From: Negaprion brevirostris
Taxonomy: Eukaryota
Reading direction: 5' to 3'
Assembly: GCA_030324005.1 (NCBI GenBank)
Contig: JARDVH010000128.1
Location: 31,991,370-32,055,369 of the forward strand
Length of the DNA stretch: 64,000 nucleotides
Under the pieces are notes generated by a model. It saw nothing but the letters and a program-made list of their open reading frames with translations, was not told where the DNA came from and made no database searches. Below, one piece after another: positions 26,665 to 38,920 of this stretch (positions are counted from its first letter, which is position 1; every line of letters starts with the position of its first letter). The position numbers and the translations under genes were made by a program.

Positions 26665-27345
26665 ACATAAGAACATAAGAAATAGGAGCAGGAGTAGGCC
26701 ATCTAGCCCTTCGAGCCTGCCCCGCCATTCAATAAGATCATGGCTGATCTCTCGTGGCTCAGTTCCACATTCCCGCCGTTGGTGAGGTCACACCTGGAGT
26801 ATTGTGTACGGTTTTGTTGTCGTTATCTGAGAAAGGATGCCTTTGCTATAAAGGGAGTACAGCGAAGGTTTATCAGGCTGATTCCTGATTTGGCAGGTCT
26901 CATATCAGGAGAGACTAAGTCGGTTAGGATTATATTTGTTGGAGTTTAGAAGAGTGAGAGGGGATTGCATAGAAACTTATAAAATTCTAACTTGGTTAAA
27001 TAGGGTGGATTCAGAAAGAATGTTCCTGGTGGTGGGGGAGTCCAGAACTAGGGGGTCATAGTTTGAGGATAAGGGGTAAATTTTTTAGGACTGAGGTGAA
27101 GAAAAATTTCTTCAGCGAGAGGGTGGCGAATGTATGGAATTCACTACCACAGAAAGTAGTTAAGGCCAAGACTTTGTGTGATTTCAAGAAAAAATCTCCC
27201 TTGGGGCTAAAGCATCTAGAGATATGAGAGGAAGGTGGGATCACAATATTGAATTTGATGATTAGCCATGATAGAAATGAATGGTGGAGTAGGCTTGAAG
27301 GGCCAAATGGCCTCTTCTTGCTTCTATTTTCAATGCTTCTATGAA
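26665..27345 (+). mobile_element. CR1-like LINE 3' end, preceded by an inverted CR1 tail fragment (26665-26775)
   Basis: LVRSHLEYCVRFC..YLRKDAFAIKGVQRRFIRLIP motif and ttctatg-type tail. Confidence 0.85.
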
Positions 27346-27669
27346 ACATTTAGGCCTAAACCCTCAGCTACTTGCTCAAATTGGCTTCCTAATACATGAG
27401 TGTCCACGTTTAGAAAGCAGAAAGTTGGAGATTGCACGTTGTAAGGGAGGAGCAGCAGAATAGAAAGAAAAATGCTACTAATGGACTAGGAGACCATCTA
27501 CAGAGAGGAGGAACGAATATCCTAAACTGTATTCTTAAAACATCGCAAGTTCCAAGGGTAGCATTACCTCAGATCAAGAGATTTCAAACTGCTTAAGTGA
27601 GATGGATATTCATTATTAAAGATAAGCAGGACTGAATGCACTGGGCTTCCCTATGACTATATAATGTTG

Positions 27670-27900
27670 ATATTACAGGAAGGATATAAATAAGGTTGAA
27701 AGAGGGCAGAGAAGGTTCACAAGGACGTTGCCGGGACTTGAGAAGCTGAATTACAGAGAGAGATTGAATAGGTTAGGACTGCATTCCCTAGAGCGTAGAA
27801 GAATGAGGGGAGATTTGTTAGACGTGTATAAGATTTTGATGGGTATAGATAGAGTGAATGCAAGCAGGCTTTTTCCACTGAGGCTAGAGGAGAAAAAAAA
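27670..27900 (+). mobile_element. CR1-like LINE ORF2 fragment, truncated by a gap
   Basis: PGLEKLNYRERLNRLGLHSLERRRMRGDLLDVYKILMGIDRVNASRLFPL. Confidence 0.9.
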
Positions 27901-30900
27901 NNNNNNNNNNNNNNNNNNNNNNNNNNNNNNNNNNNNNNNNNNNNNNNNNNNNNNNNNNNNNNNNNNNNNNNNNNNNNNNNNNNNNNNNNNNNNNNNNNNN
28001 CCCCTCGAAAGCTTGTGGGTTTATTATCAAATAAATCGGTTGGACTAAAACCTGGTGTTGTCAGACTTTTTACTATCCACAGCTCCAGACTACAGCAGGC
28101 ATGGGGGAAAGTGGATGTTTCCACAGCAACCTCAACTCTTTGGAAGGCCCATAGGTTCAGTTGGTCGGACATTCAATGTGGATCAAATTGGTGCCACCAG
28201 CAGTGGATTCAATCCCTGTTCTGGCTGGGGTGAATTTGGGAGCTGCCTCCATACCACAGAGCCGTGGGTTGGATGTGCCTTTGGGCAGCAGACTCAAGGA
28301 GGAGGATAGGAGGAAAGGAAAGAGACACTGCAGAAACTTCCTTTTAGTAGATCAGAGAAATTGGGCAGAGTTCATGAAAGGTCAAGTTATAGGCAGAATG
28401 GCCACTTCTCATTTAATGCCCTGTATATGCATTTATTATACCACCCTTAAACCAAAAGTTTTAATAAGTGCTCTGTGTAGGTATTCCACAGAATATGAAT
28501 AAGGCAGTTTGGATTGCTTCCAAAGGAAAGTCAATAGAAGCTGGCCAGTGTGATTTTATAATTAGTGAGCGGTATCTGTTCACAATGAAGGTGCAAGGAA
28601 TTCACATCCTCTATATTAAACTCGTCAGAAACTGGAGAGATTTGTTTGGTAATGCAGCATAATAAATGACCTCCAGGTCCTTGCAGATTAAACAAACAGC
28701 AACCAACACAGAGTCAACAGAATTATTTCTGAAGAAAACACACAGCTGCAGTCACACTCAGACAAGCAACTTCAGATTTATTAATTAACACACTGTGCTT
28801 CTGATTGAACACAGCCTAGTAATGTTTTTATGAACAATATGTTTGTTTGGCTCGACAGGGAAAGAAGGCCATTTCTCGTGATGGTCTACAGTGAAGGAGT
28901 TTTTGTTCAATTCCATCATTAAACATCAGCTGTTCACAGCCCCTGTCCCATATCTCTTCCAGCTTGTTTCCCTCTCTGCTTCAAACATTTGGATGAAGTA
29001 GGAAAAGCTATAAATGTCACGTCATCTGGTGAGGTAGATCATGGGAGAGTAGTGAATTCCCATAGCTTCTGGAGAATCTGAAGAGTGATCTTGCATTCTA
29101 ACTACATCCTGACTGAGAGTAGTTCACATAACACAGATATGGACAAGGTCCAGTGGAGAAATCCTGCAGAGTGGGGGAGGGGGTTGGAAGGCAGCCCGCA
29201 AGAGAGTGTTGAAGGAAAGACAATAGAACAGGGTGCTTGCTATTTAGCAATGATGTAATTTGCCTTCATTGAGAAACTTCTGCCATGGGTTGACACAATG
29301 TTCTCGGTCACTTGAATCCAGTTTGTAACCAAACTTTATTTCTAGAGCATGATATTGTCATTAAACCAGCTTAGGAGGAAATCAGAGAATCTGTTGGAGG
29401 CTGAGATCTCATTAACCTTCTTTTCTGTCACTCTAAAACCTGTGGAATTAGTCATTACACAATCCCTCTGCAAAAACTAATTTGAAAAAGAAACAATGTA
29501 AATAACATTGGATACAAGGTTACTATTGAGTCTGTGGTATTTGCTGGGATGTGTGTACGTGCAATGAGAACCTGAAGACAGTAAAATGAAAGTTGGAATC
29601 CCATCCTCCCTTTTCCAGCAGTGTGTGCCATTGTTTCTCCTGTGATGTCTGATCAGGTAAAGCTACAAGGTGGCTGATGGCGTGTTTGGTTCAGACTTTG
29701 GCTTCCTCACGTTCACTTCAGCCTTGAGCCTGGTTCATCATTCATTTAGATCTTCACTCATCTGTACTTCAACTCTATGTACCTGCTTTTGCTATATATC
29801 CCTCAATACCCTTGCCCAAAGATACATTAATATAAAGGCAGAATACCACAGATGCTGGAAACAGAAACAGAAAATGCTGGAAAATCTCAGCAGGTCTGAT
29901 AGTGTCTGAGGAAACAGAGTAGAGCCAACATTGAGTCAGGATGACCCTTCATTCACAACTATTAATCTCAGCCTTCAAAGCTCCAACTGACCCTCAGTCT
30001 TTGGGGAGAAAGTTCCAGAATTCCAACAGCCTCTACATCATGGACAATAAACATCCCTGGTGGTCTGTACTGAGTCAGCTGATCCAGGTACAATGTGGCA
30101 ATTGACCTCACTGCCCTTGGATTAAGCTCATGCATTTGGGACAAAAGCAGGAAAATGGGATTAGCGCATTTTTATTGTAGTTATCATTAGTGCAGACTCG
30201 ATGGGCCAAAGGGCCTTTTCTGCACTGTTTGACTCTATGGTGGACGACCAGTTTGAGAGAGGAGAAAGGGTAGTCAAGAGGTACACATTGTTAACTGTAG
30301 AAAAATATGATACACTTTAAGCAGCAAATGTCCCAAATAATAATCTCTAAATTTCTTTTGTTTTGTATGGCCTAGTTATTTCAATGCTCTGTATCTCTGG
30401 TTGGTATTTTAATGGGTCCAGCTTATGAGCAACCTGCATGGCATTGCCATAATTACTGCAATAATTACATAAACATACACAGCTTAAAGGGAATGTTGAG
30501 CCCAAGGCAGTCAGAGGTTAATCCACATTGGGAATACTGTGGCTATCGTAGGCTCTTGACTCTAGGCTGGAAATCCTCTGCACCTAGAGAAAATGATGCA
30601 AATTTTTCATGAATGTAGCAGAGATGAGGAAATGATTGGACCAGCAGGCAAGAGGGCAGTGTTCGGAACCGTGCAGGAAGGGTCCAGCACCAGTGAGAGC
30701 TACACTCTCCAAGAAGGTTGACAGATCAAATCATTCTCCCATTGTGAACACAAGTTCAGTATAGTTAGGTTAAATCCAATACAAGACACCACGGAAACTA
30801 AAGCGCAAAATCTACTTCAAAAAGAAAAACTGAACTGCTCAAAAGCTGGTATCTCAGGATAGCCAGGGCAGGGAGTCGAAAGGAAGTGGGAGCTGGGTAC

Positions 30901-31391
30901 AGATTGATTTGTTCCACTGTTCCACACTTGCAGCAGCTCATGACTGAGCACATTGCAATTGGAAAGAAATTACTTTGCAACAATTTGTTTCAGTAGCTTT
31001 CACTGAGCTAAGCTTCAATTGCTTTGATCTTTACAGATTACTCATTACTTCAGAAAGGCTCTTACACTCTGATTTTAAAGACCTTAGCTTTCTCTGATTG
31101 CACGATGTGAGACAGTATTCAAGTGTTTATCTTGTCTTTGTTGCTTAGGCATTAAGGGTGATTATGTGAGGTAATTGACGTAGTAAAGTTCTGTCTACAT
31201 TAGATAAAGCAGAGATTTAAAGGTAAAAGCTTAGAAACAGATGCAGAATCATCACCGTGACTGTGAGGGAATTTACTGGAGAAGTGCTTGTGACATTAGA
31301 AATGACACTGGGATTCCCGAACCCACCAACGTGGCAGGGATATAAATCAGGACCTGTAACTGAGTTTAGCACTGGATATGAAGTTTGAAGT

Positions 31392-31530
31392 CCCCACTCA
31401 CCTGACAAAGGAGCAAAGCTCTGAAAGTTAGTGGCGTTTGCTACCAAATAAACCTGTTGGACTTTAACCTGGTGTTGTGAGACTGCTCACTGTGTTTACC
31501 CCAGTTCAACGCCAGCATCTCCACACCATG
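31392..31530 (+). mobile_element. Penelope terminal-repeat fragment with hammerhead-like motif
   Basis: cac-CTGACAA-aggagcaaagctct-GAAA-gtta-gtg ... aataaacctgttggactttaacctggtgttg; reverse-complement homologue of 19600-19735. Confidence 0.8.
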
Positions 31531-32618
31531 AATTTAGAATCATGGCTTTGGGGTTTGCCATTCACTCCATCCTTACTGATCTCTCCAGGGATTGTATCAC
31601 ACGATGTGTTCAGGAAACAGATGATTCAGCAGAGAAACAAACCTGCTGTTTATCCCCCTGTCTAACAGCTCCCAGTAACCTGGCATGAGGTGTCCAATCC
31701 CCACCTGCTCCAGGACTGACCACATTCACATCGTCACCTGAGTCTTGGAAGTCTGTTTTTCAAAGGCCTGGTCCCTTTGCCTAAAGCTCTCATGGTCACN
31801 NNNNNNNNNNNNNNNNNNNNNNNNNNNNNNNNNNNNNNNNNNNNNNNNNNNNNNNNNNNNNNNNNNNNNNNNNNNNNNNNNNNNNNNNNNNNNNNNNNNC
31901 ACTGATCTAGTACAGTCTGTATATATAGTGAAGCTTGAAAGAGTGATCGAATTTGTGTTCTCCAGCAAGGCTGAGAGGGAGTTTTCTGTCCTGCCATCAT
32001 TCGTCTAGTGTTAAATGTGCATGCATATCATCTGACTGTCCAGGGAAACTGGCAGCAGTTACCAGTATTTGGAAGTGTCGCTTGGAAAAGGCAATATTTT
32101 AAGAAAACCAAAGTCAAAATTGGAAAATAAAATGTTTCTTACCTGTTCCTACCATCATGCCTAATTTTACTGCATTACTATTATTTATTGTAGCCCATGT
32201 GAAAATCAGGGAACTTCTCTGTAGAAACTATATGGGATTTTTCTCCAACTCCGCAGCATGTTTTGCTGGCGGTGGAATCTTATGGTCCCGTCGTTTTCAA
32301 CAGGGTATCCCGGTGAATACACACCTTGCCACTGGGAAATCCATGACGGGGTGCACCATTAGCAGGACAGTAAGATCTTGCCAGCAAAGTTTTGGCATTT
32401 ATTTCAGAACTAGGATTTTGATAACCAAACATTACATTTTAAAAACAGAACCGGTCCCTCACTCACTGGTGATTTCTTGGAATCATTGTAATTTCTAACC
32501 TGCAGCGTCAGAAATGTATAGTTCCTCATGAGCTTTGTCCCAATTCTTTCTCTTCTCACCTGATCAGCATATCGTTGTATTTTTTTCTCCCTCACATGTT
32601 AAACTAGCTTCCCTTTCA

Positions 32619-32888
32619 GGTGGCACAGTAGTTAGCACTGCTGCCTCACAGCACCAGGGACCCAAGTTCAATTCCCAGCTTTGGCCACCGTGTATGGAAT
32701 TTGCACGTTCTCCCTATGTCTGCATAGATTTCCTGAGTGGTCTGGTCAGTCAGAAAGATATGCTGGTTAAATGCATTGGTCATGATAAATTCTCCCTCAG
32801 TGTACCCGAACAGGTGCCAGAATTTTCACAGTAACTTCATTGCAGTGTTAATGTAAGCCTACTTGTGATACTAATAAATAAACAAACC
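32619..32888 (+). mobile_element. V-SINE copy
   Basis: ggtggcacagtagttagcactgctgcctcacagc head and shared tail. Confidence 0.8.
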
Positions 32889-33619
32889 TTCATATTGGTG
32901 AATACTGTTCTCCTCAACTGATGCCTGTGGTAGTGAGTTCAACATTCTAAGTATTCTCTGGCTGACGAGAATCCTACTCCCAGCTGACTGTTTATGACAC
33001 TTCAAACTGCCGTTTACACATTTAATTCAGCGAGTTAGTGAAACAGCCCAGTTAAACTGCAGCACCTGTCACAAACCTCCCACTCAATGACCCAAACATC
33101 AGGGAGAACCCTCCTGCTCTTCCTCAAATAATGGCTGTGGGATTTATGTCTACCTGGGTGGGTTGACGAGGCCAGAGTTTAATATCTAATTCAAAAGAGG
33201 GCACCTCCAATAGTGTGGCACTCCAACAACGCAGTACTCCCTCAGTGCTAATCCTGATAGCACAGCACTCCCTCAGTACTGCTCCTCTGACAGTGCAGTG
33301 TTCGTTTTGTAATAGGAGTGTGAGCTTGAATGATGGGTCCCATTCTGAGATGAGGATAGCTGAGTTGGAGATGCAGGATCGGCATCCAGCTCCTTCACCA
33401 GCCTGAGTAAATCATGAGGTCATGGCCCCCTCCACTGGTTCAAGATTGCTATTACAGGCATCTTTCACTTCTATAGCAACCCTACTCGTCCCCCCAGTGA
33501 GCTGGGATCATTGCCCGCAGATTATTGCCCTCTCCACCCATCAACCTGATGTTCTGATTTCCCATTACAAATCAGTTGACGCTCCAGAGATTCCCCGGCA
33601 ATTTTCTAAGGCTCCTCAC

Positions 33620-33688
33620 CGGCCACCTGCCAGAGGTGTCGCACACACATGTCCATTGTGGCAATGCTCCCACTCAGCGTCTTGGTCC
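33620..33688 (-). CDS. AMDHD2: AMDHD2 coding exon 9
   Basis: cacag|GG ACC AAG... gives GTKTLSGSIATMDMCVRHLWQVA(G)|gtgagg, 69 nt. Confidence 0.95.
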
Positions 33689-34447
33689 CTGTGCAGAGGT
33701 CAGAGAAAGTTCAGAGGTTATTCTGAGCTGTTCATATCAACACTCTCAATACAGTGCTGGCCCAACAAGACATAAAGCACCCCCCCCACTCCCTGCTTAC
33801 ACCCAATATCTGTGACAATGTCAGGATTCATACAAACATTCCGTCCTCTCTCATATGCCCCTTAATCCCACAATCAATCTCAATCTCAATCAATGCCCAC
33901 CATTCCACACACTCAGGATGTCAGTCTTTAACACTGAAACCCTGTACTAGTAACTGCCACCCAGAGGAAACACTGGGATAAAACTGGCATCAAAATAATG
34001 TTTCTTTTTATTCTCTGAGCTCACTCCTCTTAATTCGGTAACTACATTGCATAAACAACTCCAGCAGTGGAATCATGTAACCAGAAACTTAAAAACCGAT
34101 ATCTGTGGATCTCAACCATCCATTCACTAATAGGAGATCCTCTTGAACAATTTAACACCTCATCCAAAAGATGGCGCTTCTGACAGCACAGCACTTCTTT
34201 AGTACTGACCCTCCCACAGTGCAGCACTCCCTCTGTAGTGACCTTTCAACAGGCTCATTCCTTCAGGTGTATAATGGGGATATTGTGTCCCAGTCTGTGG
34301 AGAACAATTTAAATACACAATCTTTGGAATCTGAGATGAGAGACATCTTTTGAACCCCAGAGAGTGAGTAACCTACATCCCACAATGCAACATCACCTCA
34401 ATTTGCCCTGCAGAGCAAGATGCACCAGGCTCGTTACTACCACTCAC

Positions 34448-34555
34448 CTGCGACGTAGGCATGTAGCCCATCTATCTCGATTACCTGCTGCCCCAGAGTG
34501 TGCTGTCCTGAAGGAAGTCCCATGGCCATGATTGCGTCTGTCACCAGCACCAAAC
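34448..34555 (-). CDS. AMDHD2: AMDHD2 coding exon 8
   Basis: GLVLVTDAIMAMGLPSGQHTLGQQVIEIDGLHAYVA(G), 108 nt, AG/GT; contains the catalytic VTDA Asp. Confidence 0.95.
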
Positions 34556-34764
34556 CTGCAGCAAGAGAAACCGGAGAGATTGGCAGAAAGCAGGGTCACC
34601 CACAGGTCACTCCCAGGGAGGGACGGGGGCTGGGTGGAAGGGTAGGGATATTTGCAAGTAGGTCACAGGGTAACGATTATCCCAAATCCAAAATAAATCA
34701 GTGGCAGCATAGGCAGACAGTATCACGCACTCCAAGTCCCAGACAGTTTCAGCATTTTCCAGAC

Positions 34765-34945
34765 TGACACCCCACTGAATCGTCCAGACACAGTCCCACA
34801 GATTCACTGCCCCCCCGCCCTGCTGAATTGTCCAGACACACAGTCTCCCAGACTGACTCACCCCCTGCTGAATTGTCCAGACAGTCCCACAGACTGACCT
34901 CCCCCTGTCCCCCTCCGCTGAATTGTCCACAGTCCCATAGACTGC
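34765..34945. repeat. Imperfect tandem repeat, about 40-47 bp unit
   Basis: ctgaat(t/c)gtcca...cagtccca.agactg recurs 4 times. Confidence 0.7.
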
Positions 34946-35061
34946 CCTGGGTATTTCAGGAATTGGAGATCAATCTCCAAGACTCTACTGTGAGTAAAAT
35001 CTGGGAGACATTACCAAAACGTTGAAAGCAGTGTGTTTTGTTAAATTTCTTTTGCACATTT

Positions 35062-35139
35062 TTGGGATGAAGGCACTTTATCTGAATGCACGAAGCATTC
35101 GGAATAAAGTGGATGAGCTGGTGGCGCAGATCAGCACTA
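35062..35139 (+). mobile_element. CR1 ORF2 N-terminal APE endonuclease fragment
   Basis: MKALYLNARSIRNKVDELVAQI. Confidence 0.75.
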
Positions 35140-35164
35140 NNNNNNNNNNNNNNNNNNNNNNNNN

Positions 35165-35307
35165 CCTCCAACAGCGCAGCACTCTCTCTGTACTGTCCCT
35201 CCAACAGCGCAGCACTCTCTCTGTACTGTCCCTCCAACAGCGCAGCACTCTCTCTGTACTGTCCCTCCAACAGCGCAGCACTCTCTCTGTACTGTCCCTC
35301 CAACAGC
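35165..35307. repeat. 33-bp perfect minisatellite, at least 4.3 copies
   Basis: cctccaacagcgcagcactctctctgtactgtc at 35165, 35198, 35231, 35264 and partially 35297; abuts an N gap. Confidence 0.95.
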
Positions 35308-35494
35308 CAGTTGGTCAGTTAGTGACCTTGTTGGGTGCAGCCAAAGCCAGCGCACAAGGACACAATGAGAATTCACTGCCCCATTCCACTAACTGACAGT
35401 GATATGAAGAATGAGTAACTGCAGTTCCGATTACTGAATTGGGGGGTCGTGGGGGATGGGGGAGGTGGTCAGGAATCACTACCTGACCTTTTAC

Positions 35495-35639
35495 CTTTTG
35501 GATGTGCTCTGCAAGCAATCCTCAGCGCTGCAGGATTGGTATGGATCCCGTCAGCAATCATTCCATAGAAGATAGACTGTCCAACAGGAATCTCACTACT
35601 GGTCAGCAGGCCCACGATTCCCGGATCCCGGTGGTGAAA
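35495..35639 (-). CDS. AMDHD2: AMDHD2 coding exon 7
   Basis: [48 protein letters not shown](G), 145 nt, AG/GT. Confidence 0.96.
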
Positions 35640-36473
35640 CTGAGAGAATGGGAAGGAAAATGAGTTACATCGCAGATAAAACTACAAATCACTGCCAACG
35701 AGAAATGAACAAACCACTTAAACCAGGAGTGAATTTAGATTCTGTGACATGGAGAGTTGCAGTGGCTGTTGTATTGTGCAGAGTCTAGGCTGTATAAACT
35801 TCCCGATCATCAGAAAATGTCCTGATCCTTTGGAATGCTACTCCAGCTATACAAACATCCCAGGCACAACTCCAAGATAATTCTCCCAGTATTAGGGATG
35901 CTGTTCAAAACACTGCTGTCCATGGGAGTTTTCTGTGCATAAATTGGCTTTTGATTCCCACATTAGAACAACGACTACATGTCAAAAGTACTTTATTGGC
36001 TCTAACGTAGTTTCGGAATGTCTTGATGTAAAAGATGCATGTCCTTCTTTTACTTTGAAAGCAAAATGTTTAATTCCACGTGATTACCAGTCTTTGTTCA
36101 TCAGCAAAATAAAACCTGACTCCATTAATCAAATGGCAGAAATATTTCATCCAAGTTTCCATTTTTGTAACATCTTTCATGATCCCAGGATGTTCTGAAG
36201 TGGCGATGGGATTTTTATCTTCCCCTGAAAGCAAACAAAAGGTGGCCCCTCCAACGGTGCAGCGCACCCTCAGTACCATGTGGGAGTGTGTAGGAATGTC
36301 AGTTTAGGGTTTTTGTGTTCAAGTCCCTGAAGTGGGAATTGAACCCATAACTTTTGAGGCAAGGGTCGAGTGTGATACCCACTGATCCACAGTTGACACA
36401 GAGAAACCTGACATTACAAACAGCAATTAGCACTACTCCTAGAGTTTCTACGAATATGGGGGTCTGGACTTAC

Positions 36474-36562
36474 AGGCAACATGGCGTTGAAGAGGTGGGT
36501 GATGAAGGTAGCTCCATGTTTGACTGCAACTTCAGCCTGTGATAGATTAGCGATAGAATGTC
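36474..36562 (-). CDS. AMDHD2: AMDHD2 coding exon 6
   Basis: [30 protein letters not shown], 89 nt; metal-binding His motifs GHS and THLFNAM. Confidence 0.96.
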
Positions 36563-38692
36563 CTGTGAAGGACAAGAAATAAAACAACATTGACATTAAA
36601 CACACAAAATCGAACAACCTACATATTCTGCTGAGAGAGAGAGAGAGAGAGAGAGAATACAGACTATGTGGGAAGGAAAACAGGGAGGAAACGNNNNNNN
36701 NNNNNNNNNNNNNNNNNNNNNNNNNNNNNNNNNNNNNNNNNNNNNNNNNNNNNNNNNNNNNNNNNNNNNNNNNNNNNNNNNNNNNNNNNNNNNTGAATGC
36801 TGGCCAGGATGCCTGTGGCCTAGTTGGGGGTGGGACATTCTCTTTGGGCATTCCATACTTAATGGAGATACCTGTGGAAAGTAAGGGCTGCCCTCGAGTG
36901 ATGATTCCTGCTTCCCTGACTACTAAGCACACTCCTCTCCTCCCCCGCACGTGCCCACTTCTTTGCTGGAGCCTTTCCAACTGGATCAGGCTATCCAGCC
37001 TCACTTACTTTCACACCAGGATTCTAGCAACAACTCTGCAGCTAAGGCCTACTGCAATACTGGCAGCATTCACCAATTTCAGTGGCACAGCTGAGACTGG
37101 AGAACTGAGGGATACCAGACCTGAACACGACAAAGACCCCAATTCCAATGAGGTAAGGGGCACCAAAATGGGTCTGGGGGAGCAGGTTTGCCAACTGCTC
37201 TTCAGCCCACCACTGTGAGCATTAAATTCCACCCATTATCCCTAGACTATCAGCTTTACTTTCAAACAAATGAGGGGACAGCAAAAGACCTTGTCTAGTC
37301 TATTATAGTAATAATTTTCATTTAGCATCTAAGGTAGATGCCATTAATGGAAAATTACTACTAAGTGCCGATAAATTATCAAAAAAAATCACTAGCAAAA
37401 CTCTTGACAACACAATAGTTCTTTTTTTAGCAGCATCTGATAGGTAATCAAGATTGAACAAGGTTGACAAGAGCAGTCAAGTAAAGCTGATTGTTCTAGC
37501 AATTGAAAGAAGTGGCATTCAATATGGAATTTCACAAACCTTAGTAAATTTGTCTTTCCAAAATTGTCAAGAGCAATTTTACACATAAGAAAAAAGACTT
37601 ACTTTGCTCCAATGATGAGTTCTTTATGGCTGGGGTCAAAGGTCAGTTGTGAATAGTCCGTTACATCTGTAGCCTTAAATGTGTGCAGCCAGGATGCAAT
37701 ATCTGAGAAGAAAGCAAAAATATCCGTAACCTAGCTGGCAACAGATTACATAGGAGGCAATCAATAGGCTCATGTGAATCAAGACTTGTCATTAAATGTG
37801 CAAGAACTGGGCCCTGGGTTTGTATCAATCTGTTACTGAAGTGTCAGCCCTGACAGAATTACATCAACATTATCACCCAGGCGCCAGCTCCATGGAACCC
37901 CTAGGGACTAAATTCAAGCTTAGTGGGACAGATAAAAGAAACCTTCCAGATGCACTACAGTTTCTCCAAAATTCAACTGACAAGATTAAATGTGTAATTT
38001 TTTTAATCTTACCAGTATCAGAATCAATCTCAAAATCTCTCTGCTCCTGCAAAATGCTCCTGCGATTCCTGTCAGAAAGTCACAAATTGATTGATCCTCA
38101 AGTCTTCTCCAATCACCAGCCAAACCCATTTGAGAAAATAACAGTGTGGCTTTGAATGACAAATTGCTTTTGTTTTGTCAACCTACCATGAATCCGATTT
38201 CTAGCATTTCTGATTGCCTAACCTGGTAATAAACATGCAATTTAACAGTAAATATGTTGGCAGTAAGACTGCCTGTAAACAGTAAAGTTCTGTCAGTTAC
38301 TTTTTAAATGCTTCCTGCAGAGCATAACTTTGAACATAGGACTCCTTACAACTGAATTGCTGTGGTCAAAGTTGTTGTTTATTGCAAGATGTACTTTGTA
38401 ATTAATCTGAGGTTCCAAGTGAATCTGTCAGCTTTCAAGTTTCCCTGCTGATTCTGTTTCATCAGGGTTCATTATTATTCTTGCTTGAAAAGAAACGCCT
38501 CACTCTCATCTCAAGGGGCCCATCACTTTTTTTAGTAGCTGACACTGATTATTTAGTGCTCAGTTTATATTTAACTTTCTGAGCAATGCCTACATCTTGC
38601 CTTTGATTTCCTTCATTAACCCAAAACAAACTTTCACACTTGCATTCTGTTAAAAAATCAACAAAAACCATGCTATTGAAATTTGCAAAAGC

Positions 38693-38920
38693 ATAGAATA
38701 CCTACAGTGCCCATCGAGTCTGCACTGACGCTTTGAACGCCTTAACCCTGTGCATTTTTATCAGGGCCACCCCACCTAACTACACACTTTTGGAGTGTGG
38801 GAGGAAACCTGAGTACCCGGAGGAAACCTACACAAGCACGGAGAGAACATGCAAACTCCACACAGTCATCCAAGGCCAGAATTGAACCCGAGTCCCTGAT
38901 GTTGTGAGGCAGGGGTGCTG
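38693..38920 (-). mobile_element. V-SINE copy
   Basis: Reverse complement of the SINE head and core (ggaggaaacc..agtacccggaggaaacc..caaactccacac). Confidence 0.8.

Noticed and set aside
34956-35396. Repetitive ORFs (EGQYRESAALL)n, (QQRSTLSVLSL)n and a CRISPR-like appearance
   Set aside because: A 33-bp head-to-tail minisatellite with no spacers; frames stay open only because the unit is a multiple of 3
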